In this document: positions 1 to 11,585 of the stretch, piece after piece
Numbering within the stretch: the stretch's first letter is position 1
Layout: each line of letters opens with the position of its first letter
Assembly: GCA_964057225.1 (NCBI GenBank)
Contig: OZ059897.1
Coordinates: 434,001-498,000, forward strand
Reading direction: 5' to 3'
Origin: Auanema rhodensis
Taxonomy: Eukaryota > Animalia > Nematoda
Length of the DNA stretch: 64,000 nt
Notes under the pieces: model-generated
Database searches by the model: none
What the model was told of the DNA's origin: nothing
Seen by the model: only the letters and a program-made list of their open reading frames with translations
Position numbers and translations under genes: made by a program

Positions 1-21
1 AGTATAGTGCATTCGATGCGG

Positions 22-72
22 ATTTTTAAGCTGGGTCGATCTGTGTTATCAGATTTGCGCTAGCTTAAAAAT
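22..72. repeat. Inverted repeat (hairpin 1) of the SatA monomer; representative copy
   Basis: atttttaagct (22-32) is the exact reverse complement of agcttaaaaat (62-72). Inner atctg (39-43) pairs with cagat (50-54) around the loop tgttat. Confidence 0.92.
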
Positions 73-613
73 GCACCGAGATATCAACTGATATAAAGTT
101 CACACTTATATCCTCGATTTTCACCGTGAAGAATTGATTTTTTTGTTAAATAACAATGTCCATCGTCTTTGTTTCGAAAAAAGGAATCTAAAAACTTCTA
201 CTTTTTGTGAAATTATTTTGAAATTTTTCGGGAAAATTTTTGTCAAAATGTTTTTGGAAGCAATGTTGTGTGTACATGGAAACTCAACATACGCTAATGC
301 ATCATTTTTCAAACGATCATAACTAATTTTTGTATTGAGTGTTTCCCAATGTAGTATAGTGCATTCGATGTGGATTTTTAAGCTGCGTCGATCTGTGTTA
401 TCAGATTTGCGCTAGCTTAAAAATGCACCGAGATATCAACTGATATAGGTTCACACTTATATCCTCGATTTTCACCGTGAAGAATTAATTTTTTTGTTGA
501 ATAACAATGTCCATCGTCTTTGTCTTGAAAAAAGTAATCTAAAAACATCTACTTTTTGTGAAATTATTTTGAAATTTTTCGGGAAACTTTTTGTCAAAAT
601 GTTTTTGGAAGCA

Positions 614-641
614 ATGTTGAGTGTACATGGAAACTCAACAT
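614..641. repeat. 28-bp imperfect palindrome (hairpin 3) of the SatA monomer; representative copy
   Basis: atgttgagt-gta-catg-gaa-actcaacat has perfect 9-bp outer arms centred on catg. It is two substitutions from a perfect palindrome, and one in the agtttacatg allele (e.g. 965-992). Confidence 0.92.
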
Positions 642-1143
642 ACACTAATGCATCATTTTTCAAACGATCATAACTAATTTTTGTATTGAGTGTTTCCCAA
701 TGTAGTATAGTGCATTCGATGTGGATTTTTAAGCTGCGTCGATCTGTGTTATCAGATTTGCGCTAGCTTAAAAATGCACCGAGATATCAACTGATATAGG
801 TTCACATTTATATCCTCGATTTTCACCGTGAAGAATTAATTTTTTTGTTGAATAACAATGTCCATCGTCTTTGTCTTGAAAAAAGGAATCTGAAAACATC
901 TACTTTTTGTGAAATTATTTTGAAATTTTTCGGGAAACTTTTTGTCAAAATGTTTTTGGAAGCAATGTTGAGTTTACATGGAAACTCAACATACACTAAT
1001 GCATCATTTTTCAAACGATCATAACTATTTTTTGTATTGAGTGTTTCTTAATGTAGTATAGTGCATTCGATGCGAATTTTTAAGCTGGGTCGATCTGTGT
1101 TATCAGATTTGCGCTAGCTTAAAAATGCACCGAGATATCAACT

Positions 1144-1165
1144 GATATAAGTTCACACTTATATC
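1144..1165. repeat. Inverted repeat (hairpin 2) of the SatA monomer; representative copy
   Basis: gatataagt-tcac-acttatatc is a perfect 9-bp stem in the 'aag' allele. The common 'agg' allele has one G.T pair. Confidence 0.9.
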
Positions 1166-2459
1166 CTCGATTTTCACCCTGAAGAATTAATTTTTTTGTT
1201 GAATAACAATGTCCATCGTCTTTGTCTTAAAAAAAGGAATCTAAAAACATCTACTTTTCGTGAAATTATGTTGAAATTTTTCGGGAAAATGTTTGTCAAA
1301 ATGTTTTTGGAAGCAATGTTGAGTGTACATGGAAACTCAACATATACTAATGCATCATTTTTCAAACGATCATAACTAATTTTTGTATTGAGTGTTTCTT
1401 AATGTAGTATAGTGCATTCGATGCGGATTTTTAAGCTGGGTCGATCTGTGTTATCAGATTTGCGCTAGCTTAAAAATGCACCGAGATATCAACTGATATA
1501 AAGTTCACACTTATATCCTCGATTTTCACCGTGAAGAATTGATTTTTTTGTTAAATAACAATGTCCATCGTCTTTGTTTCGAAAAAAGGAATCTAAAAAC
1601 TTCTACTTTTTGTGAAATTATTTTGAAATTTTTCGGGAAAATTTTTGTCAAAATGTTTTTGGAAGCAATGTTGTGTGTACATGGAAACTCAACATACGCT
1701 AATGCATCATTTTTCAAACGATCATAACTAATTTTTGTATTGAGTGTTTCCCAATGTAGTATAGTGCATTCGATGTGGATTTTTAAGCTGCGTCGATCTG
1801 TGTTATCAGATTTGCGCTAGCTTAAAAATGCACCGAGATATCAACTGATATAGGTTCACACTTATATCCTCGATTTTCACCGTGAAGAATTAATTTTTTT
1901 GTTGAATAACAATGTCCATCGTCTTTGTCTTGAAAAAAGTAATCTAAAAACATCTACTTTTTGTGAAATTATTTTGAAATTTTTCGGGAAACTTTTTGTC
2001 AAAATGTTTTTGGAAGCAATGTTGAGTGTACATGGAAACTCAACATACACTAATGCATCATTTTTCAAACGATCATAACTAATTTTTGTATTGAGCGTTT
2101 CTCCATATAGTATAGTGCATTCGATGCGGATTTTTAAGCTGGGTCGATCTGTGTTATCAGATTTGCGCTAGCTTAAAAATGCACCGAGATATCAACTGAT
2201 ATAGGTTCACATTTATATCCTCGATTTTCACCGTGAAGAATTAATTTTTTTGTTGAATAACAATGTCCATCGTCTTTGTCTTGAAAAAAGGAATCTAAAA
2301 ACATCTACTTTTTGTGAAATTATTTTGAAATTTTTCGGGAAACTTTTTGTCAAAATGTTTTTGGAAGCAATGTTGAGTGTACATGGAAACTCAACATACA
2401 CTAATGCATCATTTTTCAAACGATCATAACTAATTTTTGTATTGAGTGTTTCTTAATGT

Positions 2460-5267
2460 AGTATAGTGCATTCGATGCGGATTTTTAAGCTGGGTCGATC
2501 TGTGTTATCAGATTTGCGCTAGCTTAAAAATGCACCGAGATATCAACTGATATAGGTTCACACTTATATCCTCGATTTTCACCGTGAAGAATTGATTTTT
2601 TTGTTGAATAACAATGTCCATCGTCTTTGTCTTGAAGAAAGGAATCTAAAAACATCTACTTTTTGTGAAATTATTTTGAAATTTTTTGGGAAACTTTTTG
2701 TCAAAATGTTTTTGGAAGCAATGTTGAGTGTACATGGAAACTCAACATACACTAATGCATCATTTTTCAAACGATCATAACTAATTTTTGTATTAAGCTT
2801 TTCTCAATGTAGTATAGTGCATTCGATGCGGATTTTTAAGCTGCGTCGATCTGTGTTATCAGATTTGCGCTAGCTTTAAAATACACCGAGATATCAACTG
2901 ATATAGGTTCACACTTATATCCTCGATTTTCACCGTGAAGAATTGATTTTTTTGTTGAATAACAATGTCCATCGTCTTTGTCTTGAAAAAAGGAATCTAA
3001 AAACATCTACTTTTTGTGAAATTATTTTGAAATTTTTTGGGAAACTTTTTGTCAAAATGTTTTTGGAAGCAATGTTGAGTGTACATGGAAACTCAACATA
3101 CACTAATGCATCATTTTTCAAACGATCATAACTAATTTTTGTATTAAGCTTTTCTCAATGTAGTATAGTGCATTCGATGCGGATTTTTAAGCTGCGTCGA
3201 TCTGTGTTATCAGATTTGCGCTAGCTTGAAAATGCACCGAGATATCAACTGATATAGGTTCACACTTATATCCTCGATTTTCACCGTGAAGAATTAATTT
3301 TTTTGTTGAATAACAATGTCCATCGTCTTTTTCTTGAAAAAAGGAATCTAAAAACATCTACTTTTTGTGAAATTCTTTTGAAATTTTTCGGGAAACTTTT
3401 TGTCAAAATGTTTTTGGAAGCAATGTTGAGTGTACATGGAAACTCAACATACACTAATGCATCATTTTTCAAACGATCATAACTAATTTTTGTATTGAGC
3501 GTTTCTTAATGTAGTATAGTGCATTCGATGCAGATTTTTAAGCTGCGTCGATCTGTGTTATCAGATTTGCGCTAGCTTGAAAATGCACCGAGATATCAAC
3601 TGATATAGGTTCACACTTATATCCTCGATTTTCACCGTGAAGAATTAATTTTTTTGTTGAATAACAATGTCCATCGTCTTTTTCTTGAAAAAAGGAATCT
3701 AAAAACATCTACTTTTTGTGAAATTCTTTTGAAATTTTTCGGGAAACTTTTTGTCAAAATGTTTTTGGAAGCAATGTTGAGTGTACATGGAAACTCAACA
3801 TACACTAATGCATCATTTTTCAAACGATCATAACTAATTTTTGTATTGAGTGTTTCTTAATGTAGTATAGTGCATTCGATGCGGATTTTTAAGCTGGGTC
3901 GATCTGTGTTATCAGATTTGCGCTAGCTTAAAAATGCACCGAGATATCAACTGATATAGGTTCACACTTATATCCTCGATTTTCACCGTGAAGAATTGAT
4001 TTTTTTGTTGAATAACAATGTCCATCGTCTTTGTCTTGAAGAAAGGAATCTAAAAACATCTACTTTTTGTGAAATTATTTTGAAATTTTTTGGGAAACTT
4101 TTTGTCAAAATGTTTTTGGAAGCAATGTTGAGTGTACATGGAAACTCAACATACACTAATGCATCATTTTTCAAACGATCATAACTAATTTTTGTATTAA
4201 GCTTTTCTCAATGTAGTATAGTGCATTCGATGCGGATTTTTAAGCTGCGTCGATCTGTGTTATCAGATTTGCGCTAGCTTTAAAATACACCGAGATATCA
4301 ACTGATATAGGTTCACACTTATATCCTCGATTTTCACCGTGAAGAATTGATTTTTTTGTTGAATAACAATGTCCATCGTCTTTGTCTTGAAAAAAGGAAT
4401 CTAAAAACATCTACTTTTTGTGAAATTATTTTGAAATTTTTTGGGAAACTTTTTGTCAAAATGTTTTTGGAAGCAATGTTGAGTGTACATGGAAACTCAA
4501 CATACACTAATGCATCATTTTTCAAACGATCATAACTAATTTTTGTATTAAGCTTTTCTCAATGTAGTATAGTGCATTCGATGCGGATTTTTAAGCTGCG
4601 TCGATCTGTGTTATCAGATTTGCGCTAGCTTGAAAATGCACCGAGATATCAACTGATATAGGTTCACACTTATATCCTCGATTTTCACCGTGAAGAATTA
4701 ATTTTTTTGTTGAATAACAATGTCCATCGTCTTTTTCTTGAAAAAAGGAATCTAAAAACATCTACTTTTTGTGAAATTCTTTTGAAATTTTTCGGGAAAC
4801 TTTTTGTCAAAATGTTTTTGGAAGCAATGTTGAGTGTACATGGAAACTCAACATACACTAATGCATCATTTTTCAAACGATCATAACTAATTTTTGTATT
4901 GAGCGTTTCTTAATGTAGTATAGTGCATTCGATGCAGATTTTTAAGCTGCGTCGATCTGTGTTATCAGATTTGCGCTAGCTTGAAAATGCACCGAGATAT
5001 CAACTGATATAGGTTCACACTTATATCCTCGATTTTCACCGTGAAGAATTAATTTTTTTGTTGAATAACAATGTCCATCGTCTTTTTCTTGAAAAAAGGA
5101 ATCTAAAAACATCTACTTTTTGTGAAATTCTTTTGAAATTTTTCGGGAAACTTTTTGTCAAAATGTTTTTGGAAGCAATGTTGAGTGTACATGGAAACTC
5201 AACATACACTAATGCATCATTTTTCAAACGATCATAACTAATTTTTGTATTGAGCGTTTCTTTATAG
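2460..5267. repeat. SatA tandem 4-monomer duplication (1404-bp offset)
   Basis: The private allele cttgaagaaagg occurs at about 2631 and 4035. ORF variants at 2579/2930/3281/3632 repeat at 3983/4334/4685/5036. Confidence 0.88.
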
Positions 5268-8200
5268 AGTATAGTGCATTCGATGCGGATTTTTAAGCTG
5301 CGTCGATCTGTGTTATCAGATTTGCGCTAGCTTGAAAATGCACCGAGATATCAACTGATATAGGTTCACACTTATATCCTCGATTTTCACCGTGAAGAAT
5401 TAATTTTTTTGTTGAATAACAATGTCCATCGTCTTTTTCTTGAAAAAAGGAATCTAAAAACATCTACTTTTTGTGAAATTCTTTTGAAATTTTTCGGGAA
5501 ACTTTTTGTCAAAATGTTTTTGGAAGCAATGTTGAGTGTACATGGAAACTCAACATACACTAATGCATCATTTTTCAAACGATCATAACTAATTTTTGTA
5601 TTGAGCTTTTCTCAATGTAGTATAGTGCATTCGATGCGGATTTTTAAGCTGCGTCGATCTGTGTTATCAGATTTGCGCTAGCTTGAAAATGCACCGAGAT
5701 ATCAACTGATATAGGTTCACACTTATATCCTCGATTTTCACCGTGAAGAATTAATTTTTTTGTTGAATAACATTGTCCATCGTCTTTGTCTTGAAAAAAG
5801 GAATCTAAAAACATCTACTTTTTGTGAAATTATTTTGAAATTTTTCGGGAAAATTTTTGTCAAAATGTTTTTGGAAGCATTGTTGAGTGTACATGGAAAC
5901 TCAACATACACTAATGCATCATTTTTCAAACGATCATAACTAATTTTTGTATTGAGCGTTTCTTTATGTAGTATAGTGCATTCGATGCGGATTTTTAAGC
6001 TGCGTCGATCTGTGTTATCAGATTTGCGCTAGCTTGAAAATGCACCGAGATATCAACTGATATAGGTTCACACTTATATCCTCGATTTTCACCGTGAAGA
6101 ATTAATTTTTTTGTTGAATAACATTGTCCATCGTCTTTGTCTTGAAAAAAGGAATCTAAAAACATCTACTTTTTGTGAAATTCTTTTGAAATTTTTCGGG
6201 AAACTTTTTGTCAAAATGTTTTTGGAAGCAATGTTGAGTGTACATGGAAACTCAACATACACTAATGCATCATTTTTCAAACGATCATAACTAATTTTTG
6301 TATTGAGCTTTTCTCAATGTAGTATAGTGCATTCGATGCGGATTTTTAAGCTGCGTCGATCTGTGTTATCAGATTTGCGCTAGCTTTAAAATACACCGAG
6401 ATATCAACTGATATAGGTTCACATTTATATCCTCGATTTTCACCGTGAAGAATTAATTTTTTTGTTGAATAACAATGTCCATCGTCTTTGTCTTGAAAAA
6501 AGGAATCTAAAAACATCTACTTTTTGTGAAATTCTTTTGAAATTTTTCGGGAAACTTTTTGTCAAAATGTTTTTGGAAGCAATGTTGAGTGTACATGGAA
6601 ACTCAACATACACTAATGCATCATTTTTCAAACGATCATAACTAATTTTTGTATTGAGCTTTTCTCAATGTAGTATAGTGCATTCGATGCGGATTTTTAA
6701 GCTGCGTCGATCTGTGTTATCAGATTTGCGCTAGCTTTAAAATACACCGAGATATCAACTGATATAGGTTCACATTTATATCCTCGATTTTCACCGTGAA
6801 GAATTAATTTTTTTGTTGAATAACAATGTCCATCGTCTTTGTCTTGAAAAAAGGAATCTAAAAACATCTACTTTTTGTGAAATTATGTTGAAATTTTTCG
6901 GGAAACTTTTTGTCAAAATGTTTTTGGAAGCAATGTTGAGTGTACATGGAAACTCAACATACACTAATGCATCATTTTTCAAACGATCATAACTAATTTT
7001 TGTATTGAGCTTTTCTCAATGTAGTATAGTGCATTCGATGCGGATTTTTAAGCTGCGTCGATCTGTTTTATCAGATTTGCGCTAGCTTAAAAATACACCG
7101 AGATATCAACTGATATAGGTTCACATTTATATCCTCGATTTTCACCGTGAAGAATTAATTTTTTTGTTGAATAACAATGTCCATCGTCTTTGTCTTGAAA
7201 AAAGGAATCTAAAAACATCTACTTTTTGTGAACTTATGTTGAAATTTTTCGGGAAACTTTTTGTCAAAATGTTTTTGGAAGCAATGTTGAGTGTACATGG
7301 AAACTCAACATACACTAATGCATCATTTTTCAAACGATCATAACTAATTTTTGTATTGAGCGTTTCTTAATGTAGTATAGTGCATTCGATGCGGATTTTT
7401 AAGCTGCGTCGATCTGTGTTATCAGATTTGCGCTAGCTTGAAAATGCACCGAGATATCAACTGATATAGGTTCACATTTATATCCTCGATTTTCACCGTG
7501 CAGAATTAATTTTTTTGTTGAATAACAATGTCCATCGTCTTTGTCTTGAAAAAAGGAATCTAAAAACATCTACTTTTTGTGAAATTATGTTGAAATTTTT
7601 CGGGAAACTTTTTGTCAAAATGTTTTTGGAAGCAATGTTGAGTGTACATGGAAACTCAACATACACTAATGCATCATTTTTCAAACGATCATAACTAATT
7701 TTTGTATTGAGCGTTTCTTTATGTAGTATAGTGCATTCGATGCGGATTTTTAAGCTGCGTCGATCTGTGTTATCAGATTTGCGCTAGCTTGAAAATGCAC
7801 CGAGATATCAACTGATATAGGTTCACACTTATATCCTCGATTTTCACCGTGAAGAATTAATTTTTTTGTTGAATAACATTGTCCATCGTCTTTGTCTTGA
7901 AAAAAGGAATCTAAAAACATCTACTTTTTGTGAAATTCTTTTGAAATTTTTCGGGAAACTTTTTGTCAAAATGTTTTTGGAAGCAATGTTGAGTGTACAT
8001 GGAAACTCAACATACACTAATGCATCATTTTTCAAACGATCATAACTAATTTTTGTATTGAGCTTTTCTCAATGTAGTATAGTGCATTCGATGCGGATTT
8101 TTAAGCTGCGTCGATCTGTGTTATCAGATTTGCGCTAGCTTTAAAATACACCGAGATATCAACTGATATAGGTTCACATTTATATCCTCGATTTTCACCG

Positions 8201-11200
8201 TGAAGAATTAATTTTTTTGTTGAATAACAATGTCCATCGTCTTTGTCTTGAAAAAAGGAATCTAAAAACATCTACTTTTTGTGAAATTCTTTTGAAATTT
8301 TTCGGGAAACTTTTTGTCAAAATGTTTTTGGAAGCAATGTTGAGTGTACATGGAAACTCAGCATACACTAATGCATCATTTTTCAAACGATCATAACTAA
8401 TTTTTGTATTGAGCTTTTCTCAATGTAGTATAGTGCATTCGATGCGGATTTTTAAGCTGCGTCGATCTGTGTTATCAGATTTGCGCTAGCTTGAAAATGC
8501 ACCGAGATATCAACTGATATAGGTTCACACTTATATCCTCGATTTTCACCGTGAAGAATTAATTTTTTTGTTGAATAACATTGTCCATCGTCTTTGTCTT
8601 GAAAAAAGGAATCTAAAAACATCTACTTTTTGTGAAATTATTTTGAAATTTTTCGGGAAAATTTTTGTCAAAATGTTTTTGGAAGCATTGTTGAGTGTAC
8701 ATGGAAACTCAACATACACTAATGCATCATTTTTCAAACGATCATAACTAATTTTTGTTGTGAGCGTTTCTTTATGTAGTATAGTGCATTCGATGCGGAT
8801 TTTTAAGCTGCGTCGATCTGTGTTATCAGATTTGCGCTAGCTTGAAAATGCACCGAGATATCAACTGATATAGGTTCACACTTATATCCTCGATTTTCAC
8901 CGTGAAGAATTAATTTTTTTGTTGAATAACAATGTCCATCGTCTTTGTCTTGAAAAAAGGAATCTAAAAACATCTACTTTTTGTGAAATTCTTTTGAAAT
9001 TTTTCGGGAAACTTTTTGTCAAAATGTTTTTGGAAGCAATGTTGAGTGTACATGGAAACTCAACATACACTAATGCATCATTTTTCAAACGATCATAACT
9101 AATTTTTGTATTGAGCTTTTCTCAATGTAGTATAGTGCATTCGATGCGGATTTTTAAGCTGCGTCGATCTGTGTTATCAGATTTGCGCTAGCTTTAAAAT
9201 ACACCGAGATATCAACTGATATAGGTTCACATTTATATCCTCGATTTTCACCGTGAAGAATTAATTTTTTTGTTGAATAACAATGTCCATCGTCTTTGTC
9301 TTGAAAAAAGGAATCTAAAAACATCTACTTTTTGTGAAATTATGTTGAAATTTTTCGGGAAACTTTTTGTCAAAATGTTTTTGGAAGCAATGTTGAGTGT
9401 ACATGGAAACTCAACATACACTAATGCATCATTTTTCAAACGATCATAACTAATTTTTGTATTGAGCGTTTCTTAATGTAGTATAGTGCATTCGATGCGG
9501 ATTTTTAAGCTGCGTCGATCTGTGTTATCAGATTTGCGCTAGCTTGAAAATGCACCGAGATATCAACTGATATAGGTTCACACTTATATCCTCGATTTTC
9601 ACCGTGAAGAATTAATTTTTTTGTTGAATAACAATGTCCATCGTCTTTGTCTTGAAAAAAGGAATCTAAAAACATCTACTTTTTGTGAAATTCTTTTGAA
9701 ATTTTTCGGGAAACTTTTTGTCAAAATGTTTTTGGAAGCAATGTTGAGTGTACATGGAAACTCAACATACACTAATGCATCATTTTTCAAACGATCATAA
9801 CTAATTTTTGTATTGAGCTTTTCTCAATGTAGTATAGTGCATTCGATGCGGATTTTTAAGCTGCGTCGATCTGTGTTATCAGATTTGCGCTAGCTTTAAA
9901 ATACACCGAGATATCAACTGATATAGGTTCACATTTATATCCTCGATTTTCACCGTGAAGAATTAATTTTTTTGTTGAATAACAATGTCCATCGTCTTTG
10001 TCTTGAAAAAAGGAATCTAAAAACATCTACTTTTTGTGAAATTATGTTGAAATTTTTCGGGAAACTTTTTGTCAAAATGTTTTTGGAAGCAATGTTGAGT
10101 GTACATGGAAACTCAACATACACTAATGCATCATTTTTCAAACGATCATAACTAATTTTTGTATTGAGCGTTTCTTAATGTAGTATAGTGCATTCGATGC
10201 GGATTTTTAAGCTGCGTCGATCTGTGTTATCAGATTTGCGCTAGCTTGAAAATGCACCGAGATATCAACTGATATAGGTTCACACTTATATCCTCGATTT
10301 TCACCGTGCAGAATTAATTTTTTTGTTGAATAACAATGTCCATCGTCTTTATCTTGAAAAAAGGAATCTAAAAACATCTACTTTTTGTGAAATTATTTTG
10401 AAATTTTTCGGGAAAATTTTTGTCAAAATGTTTTTGGAAGCAATGTTGAGTGTACATGGAAACTCAACATACACTAATGCATCATTTTTCAAACGATCAT
10501 AACTAATTTTTGTATTGAGCTTTTCTCAATGTAGTATAGTGCATTCGATGCGGATTTTTAAGCTGCGTCGATCTGTGTTATCAGATTTGCGCTAGCTTAA
10601 AATTGCACCGAGATATCAACTGATATAGGTTCACATTTATATCCTCGATTTTCACCGTGAAGAATTAATTTTTTTGTTGAATAACAATGTCCATCGTCTT
10701 TGTCTTGAAATAAGGAATCTAAAAACATCTACTTTTTGTGAAATTATGTTGAAATTTTTCGGGAAACTTTTTGTCAAAATGTTTTTGGAAGCAATGTTGA
10801 GTGTACATGGAAACTCAACATACACTAATGCATCATTTTTCAAACGATCATAACTAATTTTTGTATTGAGCGTTTCTTAATGTAGTATAGTGCATTCGAT
10901 GCGGATTTTTAAGCTGCGTCGATCTGTGTTATCAGATTTGCGCTAGCTTGAAAATGCACCGAGATATCAACTGATATAGGTTCACACTTATATCCTCGAT
11001 TTTCACCGTGCAGAATTAATTTTTTTGTTGAATAACAATGTCCATCGTCTTTATCTTGAAAAAAGGAATCTAAAAACATCTACTTTTTGTGAAATTATTT
11101 TGAAATTTTTCGGGAAAATTTTTGTCAAAATGTTTTTGGAAGCAATGTTGAGTGTACATGGAAACTCAATATACACTAATGCATCATTTTTCAAACGATC

Positions 11201-11585
11201 ATAACTAATTTTTGTATTGAGCGTTTCTCCATATAGTATAGTGCATTCGATGCGGATTTTTAAGCTGCGTCGATCTGTGTTATCAGATTTGCGCTAGCTT
11301 GAAAATGCACCGAGATATCAACTGATATAGGTTCACACTTATATCCTCGATTTTCACCGTGAAGAATTAATTTTTTTGTTGAATAACAATGTCCATCGTC
11401 TTTGTCTTGAAAAAAGGAATCTAAAAACATCTACTTTTTGTGAAATTATCTTGAAATTTTTCGGGAAAATTTTTGTCAAAATGTTTTTGGAAGCAATGTT
11501 GAGTGTACATGGAAACTCAACATACACTAATGCATCATTTTTCAAACGATCATAACTAATTTTTGTATTGAGTGTTTCTTAATGT

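Larger units (their letters stand above)
1..2095. repeat. SatA 4-monomer higher-order repeat (1405-bp period), 1.5 copies visible
   Basis: The distinctive 352-bp monomer (gatataaagtt, tttcgaaaa, gttgtgtgt, acgctaat) occurs at 1 and 1406, each followed by the aaaagtaat monomer. Confidence 0.85.

Noticed and set aside
215-235. CENP-B box near tttcggga or cattcgatgcgg
   Set aside because: Neither site fits the TTCG-N4-A-N2-CGGG core spacing.
1-352. 5S rRNA, tRNA, snRNA or spliced-leader gene array
   Set aside because: I recognise no such sequence or Pol III box A/B/C. An Rfam cmscan of the consensus would settle this.
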